A DNA stretch of 64,000 bases from Verrucomicrobiota bacterium (GTDB taxonomy: Bacteria; Verrucomicrobiota; Verrucomicrobiia; Opitutales; Cerasicoccaceae), in NCBI GenBank assembly GCA_039818205.1, contig JBCBUK010000003.1, positions 346,155 through 410,154 of the forward strand, read 5' to 3'. The translations under genes and the position numbers were made by a program. This document shows positions 22,657 through 32,410 of the stretch, one piece after another. The notes beneath the pieces were generated by a model that searched no databases, was not told where the DNA came from, and saw only the letters and a program-made list of their open reading frames with translations. Positions within the stretch are counted from its first letter, which is position 1; each line of letters starts with the position of its first letter.

Positions 22657-22710
22657 AAAAAATCGTGACCGGCTTGCCGCAGATAATCGCCCGCGATGCA
22701 AACCGGTTCG
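22657..22710 (-). terminator. Possible terminator hairpin
   Basis: Imperfect stem accggcttgc...gcaaaccggt with an A6 run (U-tract on the minus strand) downstream of 22733-24169. Confidence 0.35.
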
Positions 22711-22732
22711 TTAGATCTGTCGAATTGAAACG

Positions 22733-24169
22733 CTATTGGCTGGCCTCGAGCTGAAGAAATAGTGGGTCAGCGGTTGCTGGGACGGTCACGGTAACCTCGT
22801 CAGTTCCGCCGTCCACGTTCACCGACACGCCAGCTTCGTCGATCGTCCAATCGCCGCCTTCGAGCTGTCGGCTAGCAACGGTATCCCAGTTGGTCATGTC
22901 GCTGGACGATCTAACTTCGAGGAGTGCTCCGTCCGAGATGTTTGGCGTAAACGTGAAATCGAGGGTGCTGGTTGCGGGGCTGACCAGCGGTAGGACGTTG
23001 GTGGAAGGAACCTCGGGATCTGTTCCCAGGACGAACTCGATCAGATTGATGACCCCATCAAGATCTGGGTCATTGCCGGGCTCCATTTCAATCGCTGGCG
23101 TTCCCGGGCTGAAAGAAGCCGCGATCCAATCTTCGTAAGGGGCGTAGGCTACGTTGGCATTATCACCGAGGTAGGGTGATGCCGAAGGGGAGGCCGACAA
23201 TTCTATGGGCGGATTGGCGGTGGAGTTGGTCGCTGGATTGTAGCTGACGGACATGTTCTGAAGGATGGTTTCAGTGAGTGCCGGATCGGGGCGTTGAAAA
23301 CGAAAATAGTCGACCTGAGCAATGATATCCGGGTTGCCCGTGTTCGGCGGCGCATAGTTGAAATGATAAGAAGACTGTAGGCCGCCTGCGTTGAAGGGAG
23401 CTGCGGTGGGCCAGTCCGTGTAGGCCGTGATACCAACTTGCAGGGTATCGCCGAATGCCGGAAAATGGTGGTCTGCATTGGGGTAGCGGTTCTCGACAAT
23501 CCAGGGATCGGATTCACCATGCTTGCGGAGGCAGACAACGGTATCGCCAATCCGGATCATTTGTAGCCAGACCTCGGTTTCGTTCTGATCGATGCCGGTG
23601 GAATCGTAGTAGAGGATTGAGTTGGAGTTGCGGGTCGATTTGATCTCGAATTGTCGGGTGCCCGGATTGCCCGCAGTGCCGTAGCTGAGAAAGATATAGT
23701 TTTCAGTGTTGGGAATGTAGTCGCTGCCGAAGTCAGCCGGAGGCCAGACCGCCGAGGTTGTGTAAGGATCGGGTGCAGCCTGCGTGATGGTGCGCGGACC
23801 ATGGGCAAAAATTCCCGCGAGTGAAAAACTATTGTTCGGAACTTCAGTGGGATCGCCCGGATTGTGCCGGCTAAGCACGCGCAATCGGGTGGTTGCGATG
23901 AAGTCACCGGTGACCTCTTTGAAAAACAAGAGGCCGCGCAAGTGGGCAAACCAGGTATTTGCGCCTGGGACGATGTGGAATCTTCCAGACTCGGTGGTGT
24001 CGATATTGGCGACCTCGTAGGCCGGGGCAACCCAGCCTTCGACTTCGGCCAGATCTTGCCACTTCGAGAAGGTGGATGAGTCGTTAAACTCGTCGCTGTA
24101 GGGAGCAAGATCGTCGGCCTGTAACATGCCGCAGGCCAGGCAAAGAATGATAACAGAGAGGATTTTCAT
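22733..24169 (-). CDS. Secreted concanavalin/DUF1349-like beta-sandwich protein with C-terminal DxDxDG..E..GTDP module
   Basis: Signal peptide; FKEVTGDFIAT, WLQMIRIGD, LQVGI; DPDLDGVINLIEFVLGTDP...SSDMTNW...LFLQL. Confidence 0.7.
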   Translation of the reverse strand: MKILSVIILCLACGMLQADDLAPYSDEFNDSSTFSKWQDLAEVEGWVAPAYEVANIDTTESGRFHIVPGANTWFAHLRGLLFFKEVTGDFIATTRLRVLSRHNPGDPTEVPNNSFSLAGIFAHGPRTITQAAPDPYTTSAVWPPADFGSDYIPNTENYIFLSYGTAGNPGTRQFEIKSTRNSNSILYYDSTGIDQNETEVWLQMIRIGDTVVCLRKHGESDPWIVENRYPNADHHFPAFGDTLQVGITAYTDWPTAAPFNAGGLQSSYHFNYAPPNTGNPDIIAQVDYFRFQRPDPALTETILQNMSVSYNPATNSTANPPIELSASPSASPYLGDNANVAYAPYEDWIAASFSPGTPAIEMEPGNDPDLDGVINLIEFVLGTDPEVPSTNVLPLVSPATSTLDFTFTPNISDGALLEVRSSSDMTNWDTVASRQLEGGDWTIDEAGVSVNVDGGTDEVTVTVPATADPLFLQLEASQ

Positions 24170-24264
24170 GGCTTATAATGAAGCCATATCCCTAGCCGAA
24201 ATACCGCCATTAGGCGATCGTATAACCCAGATCAGCAGCTCTGTTCGCTGGATTTACAAGGGCT

Positions 24265-25575
24265 TTACGCCGTCAGCTCTGCCGGTATATCCGCCGTGAT
24301 GACGGCCTTCATTGAGGCCAGGAGGTTATAAAGTCCGTAGTAGGCGCGGTTTAGGTATATGGCGTGCCGGGAGCCTCGGGCCGTATTGAGTCGCTTGATT
24401 TCAGGATCCTTCTGGGTGCGTTCGCTGAAGTTGTAGATTTCCTGAACGTAGGATTCGTCGCCGAAATCGAAACGTTCCCGCTGAAAGGGTCTTGAGAGTA
24501 GCTCAATGGATTCGCGGTAGAGCTCTCGCAACAGCTCACGCTCGGTTGAGGAATCGCTCGTCTGCAATAGGCCTAGTTTATCGAGCATATTTTCGAAATG
24601 CTCGTCATCGAGCACACGGTTCATGTCGAGTAGTTGAAAATAGTCGCGATAGAAATCGTCTTCGAGCTCCTTCACACATCCAAAATCCAGGATATAGAAC
24701 TGGTTGTCACCAGTTACGAGAAAGTTTCCAGGGTGGGGATCTGCGTGAAACTCGCGAAGTTCATGGACCTGAAAGTGGTAGAAATCCCACATTGCCTGAC
24801 CTATGCGATTGCGTTCTTCCTGGCTTGGTTCGCTGGCGATCCACTTGTCGAGCGGCAAACCATCGATCCACTCCATGGTGAGAATCCGGGTGCTTGAGAA
24901 GTCCGCATAGTAGCTCGGGAAGTGAACGTTGGCCAGGTGACTGGATTTGGCAGTCAGCGCCTGCGAGCGCTTGAGCTCGAGCGTATAGTCGGTTTCTTCC
25001 AGTAAGCGTTCCTCAACTTCATCAAAATAGTAATCGATCTCTTTTGAAGTCAGGCCGACGATACGCATCGCAATTGGTTTCACCAGGCGCAGGTCAGACT
25101 TGAGGCTTTCAGCGACACCTGGGTATTGGATCTTCACGGCAAAGGTCTCGCCGCCGATCGTGGCTCGATGCACCTGACCAATTGAAGCCGCGTTCACGGC
25201 TGACTTTGTAAATGTATCGAATATATCATTCGGACTTTGTCCGAACTCTTGTTTGAAGGTTCGGACGACCAGTGGGTAGGAAAGGGGCGGGGCCGAATAT
25301 TGGGCTTGAGCGAATTGCTCTTGGTAGGCTTGTGGTAAAATATTCTGATCGATGCTCAGCATCTGGGCCACCTTGAGGGGACCACCCTTGAGCTTGCTGA
25401 ACGCGGAGTAGGTTTCCTCAGCAATGTCCTCGTGCAAGGCGTTGCGGTCATCCTTGCCTGTGGCAATCTTCTTGCCGTAATACTTTGCATAGCTGCCACC
25501 GATTTTGGCGCCGGTCTTCACGAGAGAAGCGGCACGGGTCAGCTTGTGTTTGGGGATCGATCGTTGTTCCTTCAT
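24265..25575 (-). CDS. ABC1/AarF/UbiB atypical kinase
   Basis: LKGGPLKVAQML, AASIGQVH, AVKIQYPGV, HADPHPGN, LDFG. Confidence 0.93.
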   Translation of the reverse strand: MKEQRSIPKHKLTRAASLVKTGAKIGGSYAKYYGKKIATGKDDRNALHEDIAEETYSAFSKLKGGPLKVAQMLSIDQNILPQAYQEQFAQAQYSAPPLSYPLVVRTFKQEFGQSPNDIFDTFTKSAVNAASIGQVHRATIGGETFAVKIQYPGVAESLKSDLRLVKPIAMRIVGLTSKEIDYYFDEVEERLLEETDYTLELKRSQALTAKSSHLANVHFPSYYADFSSTRILTMEWIDGLPLDKWIASEPSQEERNRIGQAMWDFYHFQVHELREFHADPHPGNFLVTGDNQFYILDFGCVKELEDDFYRDYFQLLDMNRVLDDEHFENMLDKLGLLQTSDSSTERELLRELYRESIELLSRPFQRERFDFGDESYVQEIYNFSERTQKDPEIKRLNTARGSRHAIYLNRAYYGLYNLLASMKAVITADIPAELTA

Positions 25576-25589
25576 GGGTCGCCTATCAA

Positions 25590-26243
25590 CTAGTTGGATT
25601 TCCGGTCGCCGGCCAGAAACCGAACGAGATCAAAGGCGCTATCAATCACCTGTGCTCCGATTAGATCGAAACCTAGCGCAATCGATTTCTCAATGAGGGC
25701 GTCGGTTCTTTGGAACTGAGCGCTCTCATCCTTGAGCCAATAATCGATGATAAACAACAGTTGGGCGTAGACTAAATTGGGGTAGCTGTCATTCAAACGG
25801 CCGCGCTCGGGGATTTCCTTTGAGCCCTTGGCCTGGTCCAAAACTGGCTTGATGTAGTCAGTGAAGGCCTTCCGGAACTTGCACATGTAACCGGGAGCAC
25901 CAACGAGCATCACTCCTGGAAAGCGGAGCAGGAGGAAGGAACGGTTGTCCAGAGCGACCTCCAAGAAGGTGTAGTAGAAGGCAGCTAGCTTTTGCTGTGC
26001 TGGATATTCAGGATAATCAGCGTCAGCGTCGAGCGTCGCAACCGTGTCGCTGACCATGCCTTTCCAGATTTCGCCTTCCAGTGCATCGAATGACGCAAAG
26101 TGTTGATAGAAAGCTTTTTCCCCCATACCCTGATCTTTGGCGAAGCGAAAGACACTTTTGGGGGCCTCACCGTGTTCCAACAGGTAATCCACGTAGGCTT
26201 CAATCCAATCGGCAGGAGACTTACTGGCAGCTTTTTTCGGCAT
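25590..26243 (-). CDS. TetR-family-like regulator
   Basis: PKSVFRFAK...EKAFYQHFASF HTH; WLKDESAQFQRTDALIEKS C-terminal domain. Confidence 0.8.
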   Translation of the reverse strand: MPKKAASKSPADWIEAYVDYLLEHGEAPKSVFRFAKDQGMGEKAFYQHFASFDALEGEIWKGMVSDTVATLDADADYPEYPAQQKLAAFYYTFLEVALDNRSFLLLRFPGVMLVGAPGYMCKFRKAFTDYIKPVLDQAKGSKEIPERGRLNDSYPNLVYAQLLFIIDYWLKDESAQFQRTDALIEKSIALGFDLIGAQVIDSAFDLVRFLAGDRKSN

Positions 26244-26323
26244 GTTCGTAGCATAGCCAATGAGGGCTAGAACACAAGCGACGAGGGACGAAATCTAGGA
26301 AAAGTGAACTGAATTGTGATATA

Positions 26324-26563
26324 ATGTTTGCGTCATTTTTATCGGCTGCGGCATTTCTGACCGAGGAATCCACATTCGTTGGTCACCTTCTAGAAAGTCT
26401 AGAGATGATGTTGAGCCGAGTGTTTGGCCGAGGCGAGATTTGGCCCATTATTATTGCGGTTCTTGTGATGTACATCATGGTTCATTACCTGATATTTATA
26501 TTCTTCATCGCCACAAGAACCGCCCTGAAAATGAGGGCCGTTTCAATGAAACCGGTTAGATGA
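26324..26563 (+). CDS. Small hypothetical membrane protein
   Basis: 79-aa ORF filling the gap between divergent/convergent genes, one TM helix. Confidence 0.5.
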   Translation: MFASFLSAAAFLTEESTFVGHLLESLEMMLSRVFGRGEIWPIIIAVLVMYIMVHYLIFIFFIATRTALKMRAVSMKPVR

Positions 26564-26582
26564 TTTAGCCAATGAGTTCCTA

Positions 26583-28493
26583 CTACTCGGGCAATGCCTT
26601 GGCTGCGATGTCGCTGAGAATCTTGCCAATGGCCTCGTCGACGCTGACGGTGCCTTCCATGGATTTGCCGATGCGTGAGCGGATTGATACAGTGCCAGCT
26701 TCGGCCTCTTTCTCTCCGCACACGAGCATGATCGGCACATGTTCCATTTCTGCTCGGCGGACTTTGGCTCCAAATTTCTCGTCGTGTTTGTCGACGGAGC
26801 AGCGAATCTTTGCTGCTTTGAGCTTATCCATGATTCCCGTGGCGTATTCCGAAGACTTTTCGCTGATCGGCAATACCCGAACTTGTTCGGGCGAAAGCCA
26901 GAGAGGGAAGTTGCCGGCGAAGTGCTCAATCAACACGCCGACGAACCGCTCCATTGATCCGAACGGCGCCCGGTGGATCATGACAGGTCGGTGCGGTTGG
27001 TTGTCTTTGCCGATGTAGGACAGGTCAAAGCGGACGGGTAGCACGTAGTCGATCTGGACGGTTCCAAGTTGCCATTCGCGGCCAATGACATCTTTGACCA
27101 CGAAGTCGATCTTCGGGCCATAGAAGGCGGCCTCGCCAGGTTCCTCGGTAAAGGGCACATCGAGGGTGCTGGCTGCCCGGCGACAAGCTTCTTCGGCTTG
27201 GTCCCACTTCTCGCTATCTCCCGTAAATTTGGTGCTATCGGGATCTCGCAGACCAACCCGAACACGGTAGTCGTGCATCCCAAGGGTGTTTAGGACGGTC
27301 TTCACTAGAGTGAGGCAACCGATAACTTCGTCGGCGACTTGGTCTTCCGTGCAGAAGAGGTGTGCGTCGTCCTGGGTAAAGCCACGCACGCGGGTCATTC
27401 CATTGAGCTCGCCGGATTGTTCCCAGCGATAGACCGTACCAAATTCCGCTAGGCGTATCGGTAGATCGCGATAGGAATACCGCTGTGAGGCAAAGATTTT
27501 AATATGATGCGGGCAGTTCATCGGCTTGAGCAAGAAGCCATCCAACAGTTTGGTTGGATCCATAACGTGCTCTTGCTTGATCGCTTCCGTCCCAGTGCGC
27601 TCATTGAGTTCATCGCGGAAATGCGGTGCGACGGCTTCGAGTCGTTCCGTTAGTTCCGCACAGGAGCACCCTTCATGGGCGGCGCTCATCAATGCGTCCT
27701 GTTCGGGAATGGCCGGAAACTGCGAATCTTTGTAGTATGGGAAATGGCCAGAGGTTTTGTAGAGACCCAACTTGCCAATATGCGGCGTAAATACTTGATG
27801 GTATCCCTGCATTCGCAGTTCGTCTCCAATAAAGTCCTGCAGCTCTTGACGGATGACAGCCCCGTTGGGCTTCCAGAGAATGAGGCCTTGTCCAACTGCT
27901 TCACTGATTTCGAATAGATGGAGATCTTTACCGAGTTTGCGGTGATCGCGCTTCTTGGCTTCTTCGAGCTTCTCCAGGTAATCAGCGAGTTCGTCCTTGC
28001 TGGTAAATGCGGTTCCGTAGATGCGTTGAAGTTGCTTGTTCTTCTCGTCCCCACGGTGATACGCGCCCGCAATGCTCATGAGCTTGAAGGCCTTGATCTT
28101 CTTAGTGTAGTTGACGTGAGAGCCGGCGCAGAGGTCGATGAACTCGCCGTTGCGATAGAACGAAATCGGGTCGCCTTCCGGGATGTCGTCAAGGCGTCCC
28201 AGCTTGTATCGCTCCTGACCGCTATCCTTGATGATTTTGATGGCTTCGTCGCGCTCAACTTCCATGCGCTCAAAACGCTGGTTTTCCTTGATGACCTTCT
28301 TCATCTCGGCCTCGATTTTCTCAAGGTCTTCCGAGGTGAGCTTCTCCTCAAGATCAATGTCGTAGTAGAAGCCGTTGTCTGTGGGAGGCCCGATGTCGAG
28401 CTTGGCCTCGGGGTAGAGGCGCAAAACGGCGGTCGCGAGCACGTGCGAGGCACTGTGGCGCAACTCTTCGAGCGGAGTCATCTGGGCTTTCAT
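26583..28493 (-). CDS. thrS: Threonine--tRNA ligase
   Basis: RHSASH, DLCAGSH, RDHRKLG, KPMNCPHH, RVRGFTQDDAH, AAFYGPKID, HRAPFGSMERF. Confidence 0.97.
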   Translation of the reverse strand: MKAQMTPLEELRHSASHVLATAVLRLYPEAKLDIGPPTDNGFYYDIDLEEKLTSEDLEKIEAEMKKVIKENQRFERMEVERDEAIKIIKDSGQERYKLGRLDDIPEGDPISFYRNGEFIDLCAGSHVNYTKKIKAFKLMSIAGAYHRGDEKNKQLQRIYGTAFTSKDELADYLEKLEEAKKRDHRKLGKDLHLFEISEAVGQGLILWKPNGAVIRQELQDFIGDELRMQGYHQVFTPHIGKLGLYKTSGHFPYYKDSQFPAIPEQDALMSAAHEGCSCAELTERLEAVAPHFRDELNERTGTEAIKQEHVMDPTKLLDGFLLKPMNCPHHIKIFASQRYSYRDLPIRLAEFGTVYRWEQSGELNGMTRVRGFTQDDAHLFCTEDQVADEVIGCLTLVKTVLNTLGMHDYRVRVGLRDPDSTKFTGDSEKWDQAEEACRRAASTLDVPFTEEPGEAAFYGPKIDFVVKDVIGREWQLGTVQIDYVLPVRFDLSYIGKDNQPHRPVMIHRAPFGSMERFVGVLIEHFAGNFPLWLSPEQVRVLPISEKSSEYATGIMDKLKAAKIRCSVDKHDEKFGAKVRRAEMEHVPIMLVCGEKEAEAGTVSIRSRIGKSMEGTVSVDEAIGKILSDIAAKALPE

Positions 28494-28687
28494 GGTGAGT
28501 CGGGAGTTTTCGTTAACGGAAAAAGGAGAGGATGACAGACGATTCGCGGGCAGCTGTCAACCCGCGTGGCGTCAATTTTCTTACCAGGGAATCGTTCGAA
28601 ATGGCGACATTTGGCGGCCAAATTCCCATGTTTCGATATTTGACCTGCTTGAGGAGGCCCCTAGGATTATTGAAAACGAGAACTGCG

Positions 28688-29368
28688 ATGAAAACTGGAC
28701 AAATCTGGATTGGCTTCCTCCTGTTGGGAGTCCTGTTATCCGGCTGCGAGACCAAGGTGGCCGATCCAAGTGCTGACGACTATGGTTTTGAACGAACGGC
28801 GTTGGGCACCGGAGGGACCTTCGCCATCCGCGATGACAAGGCGCTTGAAGGCTACCATTCGATCTATTTGCGGGCCATTGTTGCGACACCAAGCGATCAA
28901 GTAGGCTCCGTCATGATTGATCAAAGCGAGATGGCCAATCTTGAGTATGCGTTCGAACGGTCCTTTCGCTCAACCGTGGGGTCGACCTTCCCGGTTGTCT
29001 CGGCACCGGGGGAGGGCATCATGCTGGTCGAGGCCACAGTTGACGAGGTGATGCTTGCTGATGGGCGCGATCAAGTTGAAGCGGCCGATAATGCTGAAAT
29101 GAATGGGCCTGATAGCTTAGACGGCGGCGCGATGGACGGCGTCGGTATGCCGCAGGTTGCAGGCTCGAGTTTGGCCGTGGGTGAGCTCACGCTGCGCCTT
29201 CAAATTCGCGACTCGTTGACTGGGGATCTCCTTGCTTCAATGACCGATGACGCTGCTGGCGGAACGATCGAGTCGATTAATGGCGAAACCAGTTGGGCCC
29301 GAGTATCCGATGCCTTCAACCGCTGGAACAACGACCTCAAGGCTGAGCTGGTCGCGGTGACGAAGTAG
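28688..29368 (+). CDS. Lipoprotein, DUF3313-like
   Basis: Lipobox LLSGC; LQIRDSLTGDLLASMTD, F..W motif; start moved to MKTGQI. Confidence 0.7.
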   Translation: MKTGQIWIGFLLLGVLLSGCETKVADPSADDYGFERTALGTGGTFAIRDDKALEGYHSIYLRAIVATPSDQVGSVMIDQSEMANLEYAFERSFRSTVGSTFPVVSAPGEGIMLVEATVDEVMLADGRDQVEAADNAEMNGPDSLDGGAMDGVGMPQVAGSSLAVGELTLRLQIRDSLTGDLLASMTDDAAGGTIESINGETSWARVSDAFNRWNNDLKAELVAVTK

Positions 29369-29383
29369 ACGATAGTAGATCCC

Positions 29384-29419
29384 AAAAAACAGAAACCTCC
29401 CGGTTTAGGGGAGGCTCTG
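29384..29419 (-). terminator. Rho-independent terminator between convergent genes
   Basis: A6 run adjacent to the stem cagaaacctccc...gggaggctctg. Confidence 0.65.
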
Positions 29420-29453
29420 CTGTGCCTGCTTATTGATGGCGCCTCCTTGCGGA

Positions 29454-30071
29454 TTACCACTCCAAATAGTCTTGCTGGCCGAGGAGTTCATTGAGTCTCC
29501 GTTGGATGATTTGATCCCGATTTTCGATGCGCTTCTCGATCAGAGACTCGAGTTCTTTGACCTCGTCTTTGAGGTTTTTGATCTCGGCTTCCTGGAGTTC
29601 GATTTTGGAATCAAATGCTTTCTCGAGATTGCCCTTGAGCTTCTTCTTTAGGTCCGAAACTTCCTTGGCCTGCTCACCATCTTCCTCGAGTTGCATGATG
29701 TTCTCAGCCAGGGCGTATGATTCGACTTCCAGTCGGCTATGGTCGAGGAATTTATCGGCCTTTTTTCGGCTATAGGGCAATATCTCGTAATATTCGACCA
29801 TGATTTCGCCGAGGTATTCGAGGGCCTCGAGTGCCTTCCATGGTTCATATTCGATCCGGGCATTGATTATTTTCCAGACATCGTTCGAGAACTCCTTTTG
29901 CACGAACTCCTTGAGACCTTTGCCTTCGTCGGAGCTTAGCCATTCGTTAATTTCAGCCTTCATCTCGGCGATTTCATAGTCATCGTCGTCGTCGTCTTCG
30001 GCGTGCACGGGAATGGTCAGGATACTGACCGCGAGGATGAAAAATCCCAGGGCTTGTTTGATTGATTGCAT
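29454..30071 (-). CDS. Secreted acidic coiled-coil protein (third gene of ECF operon)
   Basis: Signal peptide ending VHA, helical E/K-rich body, NRDQIIQRRLNELL C-terminus. Confidence 0.7.
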   Translation of the reverse strand: MQSIKQALGFFILAVSILTIPVHAEDDDDDDYEIAEMKAEINEWLSSDEGKGLKEFVQKEFSNDVWKIINARIEYEPWKALEALEYLGEIMVEYYEILPYSRKKADKFLDHSRLEVESYALAENIMQLEEDGEQAKEVSDLKKKLKGNLEKAFDSKIELQEAEIKNLKDEVKELESLIEKRIENRDQIIQRRLNELLGQQDYLEW

Positions 30072-30078
30072 GATACAG

Positions 30079-30522
30079 TTAGCTTTCAAGTTCTTGTTTT
30101 AGGGCCGAGATACGGAGCTTGAGTGACTTAAAGTCCGTTCGGTCCTGGTTTGAGTAATTCGAATTGCGATGGATTAACCGGTTGAGCTGGCTTTCGGCAG
30201 ATTGCAGCCGGGCATCGATCGCGGCCTCGGTGGGCCATTCTATGGGTGTGATCTCGACGACCACGCCTATCGGGTCGACGAATTCGGGAAAAGTGTCGGG
30301 AGTGGGTTGCTGGTTGAGCACGATGGCGAGGAGAAGTGCAACCCCAGCGACGAGTGGACCGATTATCCAGCGCCAGTACTGCCACATGCTGGTGTGCTTC
30401 TGTGCAAAGGCCTCGTAGAGCACTTCGCGCTGATTGGGATCCAGGCGATGATTCTCGCTCTTGAGGATCTGTGAAAGCTCCTTTTCAAGCGTTTGTTCTT
30501 CGGGTGTGAGTTGGTCGTCCAT
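30079..30522 (-). CDS. Putative single-TM anti-sigma factor
   Basis: ATG overlaps the sigma-factor stop (TGATG); central TM helix. Confidence 0.6.
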   Translation of the reverse strand: MDDQLTPEEQTLEKELSQILKSENHRLDPNQREVLYEAFAQKHTSMWQYWRWIIGPLVAGVALLLAIVLNQQPTPDTFPEFVDPIGVVVEITPIEWPTEAAIDARLQSAESQLNRLIHRNSNYSNQDRTDFKSLKLRISALKQELES

Positions 30523-31112
30523 CAGTCTCTGTTCTCCAATTGATGTTTCAATTTCTCCATGGCGTGGCGCATTCGCCAAAGGGCGGTTCCGAGCGGTATG
30601 TTGAGTTGTTCGGCAATCTCATTGAATTTCAATTCGCCATAGATGCGAAGGGTGACGACATCGCGCAAATCATCCGATAGCGTAGCGAGCAAATGCTTGG
30701 CGTCGAGCCGATGCAGTCGAGTGCCTGGATTTTCTGAGCAGGCTTCTGGGGCTTGCTCAAGTTCGACGGTGTGCTTCCGCTTGCGCCAGGAATCGTGGGC
30801 GAGGTTGCGCGCTACGCTGAAAATCCAGGGGCGTAGTGAATCGCCCTTGACCGCTTTGGGGGGATACTTGATGAGTCGCAGAAAGGTTTCTTGGGTCAGG
30901 TCGCGGGCGTGATCGGGGTCTTTGGTGTAGTTGGTAAGATACCCGATGACTGAGGACTCATAGCGTCGGAGGATTAGCCGCAGGGCTTCTTTATTGCCGG
31001 CGCGAAACTGTCGGAGGAGCTCGGCGTCGCTCGAGTCTTCGATCTCCCGAGTCTTGGACGTGTCGTTTTCCAAGATCATTGCTGCCATGTGGTGCTGCCA
31101 AACATTCGTCAT
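30522..31112 (-). CDS. ECF sigma-70 factor
   Basis: DAELL, ARDLTQETFL, WIFSVARN, EIAEQLNIPLGT; start may be 31088. Confidence 0.92.
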   Translation of the reverse strand: MTNVWQHHMAAMILENDTSKTREIEDSSDAELLRQFRAGNKEALRLILRRYESSVIGYLTNYTKDPDHARDLTQETFLRLIKYPPKAVKGDSLRPWIFSVARNLAHDSWRKRKHTVELEQAPEACSENPGTRLHRLDAKHLLATLSDDLRDVVTLRIYGELKFNEIAEQLNIPLGTALWRMRHAMEKLKHQLENRD

Positions 31113-31205
31113 ACTGTAAATATAACGCAGCGATAATCTAGATTATTGGCAACGGACGAAAATTTATCCGATTTTCTGATCGAACGCTCGATTGCCCGGA
31201 TAATG

Positions 31206-31233
31206 AAAACGGGAGAGGAATATTCCTCTCCCG
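31206..31233 (-). terminator. Terminator of the SPFH operon
   Basis: Perfect 24-bp palindrome CGGGAGAGGAATATTCCTCTCCCG (31210-31233) preceded by AAAA. Confidence 0.7.
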
Positions 31234-31267
31234 GTGGCACCCTTGATTGGGCGTTGGTGGAGCTTGG

Positions 31268-32386
31268 CTATTCGCTGGCGGCTCCGAGGCGATTGATCAT
31301 GTGGTCGACGTCGAGTAGTGGTATATCGAGTGTGGATATGGTCATCTCGCCCAAATTGAGATTCTCGACGGCTTCAAGAGCCACGAGGTTTTGCCCGCCA
31401 GAGCCTTTGACGGCGTTGGCCCGGAGTCGTTCACCCTCGGCTTGTGCTTGCCGCTCCATCAGTTGGCCGCGGGCTAAGAGTTCCTTGGCGTAAAGGTCGG
31501 CGTCGGCGCTGGCTTTCGCAACGGCGACCTCCGCTTCCGCCAGAATCGTGGCAACTTGTTTGTCCGTGTCCGCTTTGAGCCGTAGTTGCTCAGCCTTCTT
31601 CTGCTCTTCGATGACCCGGACCATTGCCTCGGTTTCAGCGGCGATCTTATTGGTTTCACCCTTCTTTTCCTCGGCGATTGCCCGCGCCTTGTTGAGTTCG
31701 ACGTCCTGATCGGCCAACTTCTTATCGAGGATCTTTCGCTCGTATGAGGCGTCAAAGCTGATGTCGCGAACGAGTAGAGTGATTAGTTCGATGTGGTTTC
31801 GATCCAGCTCTCCCTTTAGGTTCTGGTAGGTGACCTCGGTCTTCTCGCGCCGAACTTCAGGCAAGTAGAATTCTTCGGTACGCATGGTTCCGAAGACGTT
31901 GCGGAGCGCGTTCTGGACTTGGTCGCGGACAATGCCTTTGTAGCGGTCCTCAGTGTTGAAGTCTTTGTAGAGCATGTGGACTTCATCGGCCTTTGGGCGG
32001 TATTTCACGGTAACGTCCAATTTAATGGTATAGCCATCTTTGAGTTTGAGCTCAATCCGCTCAGGTCCATGGGGTGGCAGCGTGGAAGCGCTGAGGCGAA
32101 AGAGCGAATAGCGGGCACGGTTTTCCAGACGCTCTTCCTTGGTGGTGAACTCGGTCGTTTGCACAGTGGAGTCAAAGATGTTCCAGTTATCGAGCAGGGG
32201 TAGGTTGCGATGCCAACCTGGCCCGAAGTCTTTTTCCTGAACCCCTTTTTTGCCGAGGATAGCGTATTGCTGAGTGCGGACTCCGACCTCGCCGGGTTCG
32301 AGCTTCACCATAAACATGGAGAACATGATGAAGGTGGCGAACACCAGAACGATGACGGCCATCGCGATGCGGTTGATTAGTTTCAT
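31268..32386 (-). CDS. SPFH/Band 7/prohibitin domain protein
   Basis: N-terminal [26 protein letters not shown], long Ala/Glu coiled coil. Confidence 0.88.
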   Translation of the reverse strand: MKLINRIAMAVIVLVFATFIMFSMFMVKLEPGEVGVRTQQYAILGKKGVQEKDFGPGWHRNLPLLDNWNIFDSTVQTTEFTTKEERLENRARYSLFRLSASTLPPHGPERIELKLKDGYTIKLDVTVKYRPKADEVHMLYKDFNTEDRYKGIVRDQVQNALRNVFGTMRTEEFYLPEVRREKTEVTYQNLKGELDRNHIELITLLVRDISFDASYERKILDKKLADQDVELNKARAIAEEKKGETNKIAAETEAMVRVIEEQKKAEQLRLKADTDKQVATILAEAEVAVAKASADADLYAKELLARGQLMERQAQAEGERLRANAVKGSGGQNLVALEAVENLNLGEMTISTLDIPLLDVDHMINRLGAASE

Positions 32387-32410
32387 GGTAAGTATTTGTT
32401 GAAAGTGTGA

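Noticed and set aside
26238..26253. GG-N10-GC sigma54-like match on the + strand
   Set aside because: Poor -12 element (TAGC), overlaps the TetR start; likely chance
29979..30000. (GTC)n short tandem repeat
   Set aside because: Encodes an in-frame poly-Asp tract; not a phase-variation or CRISPR repeat
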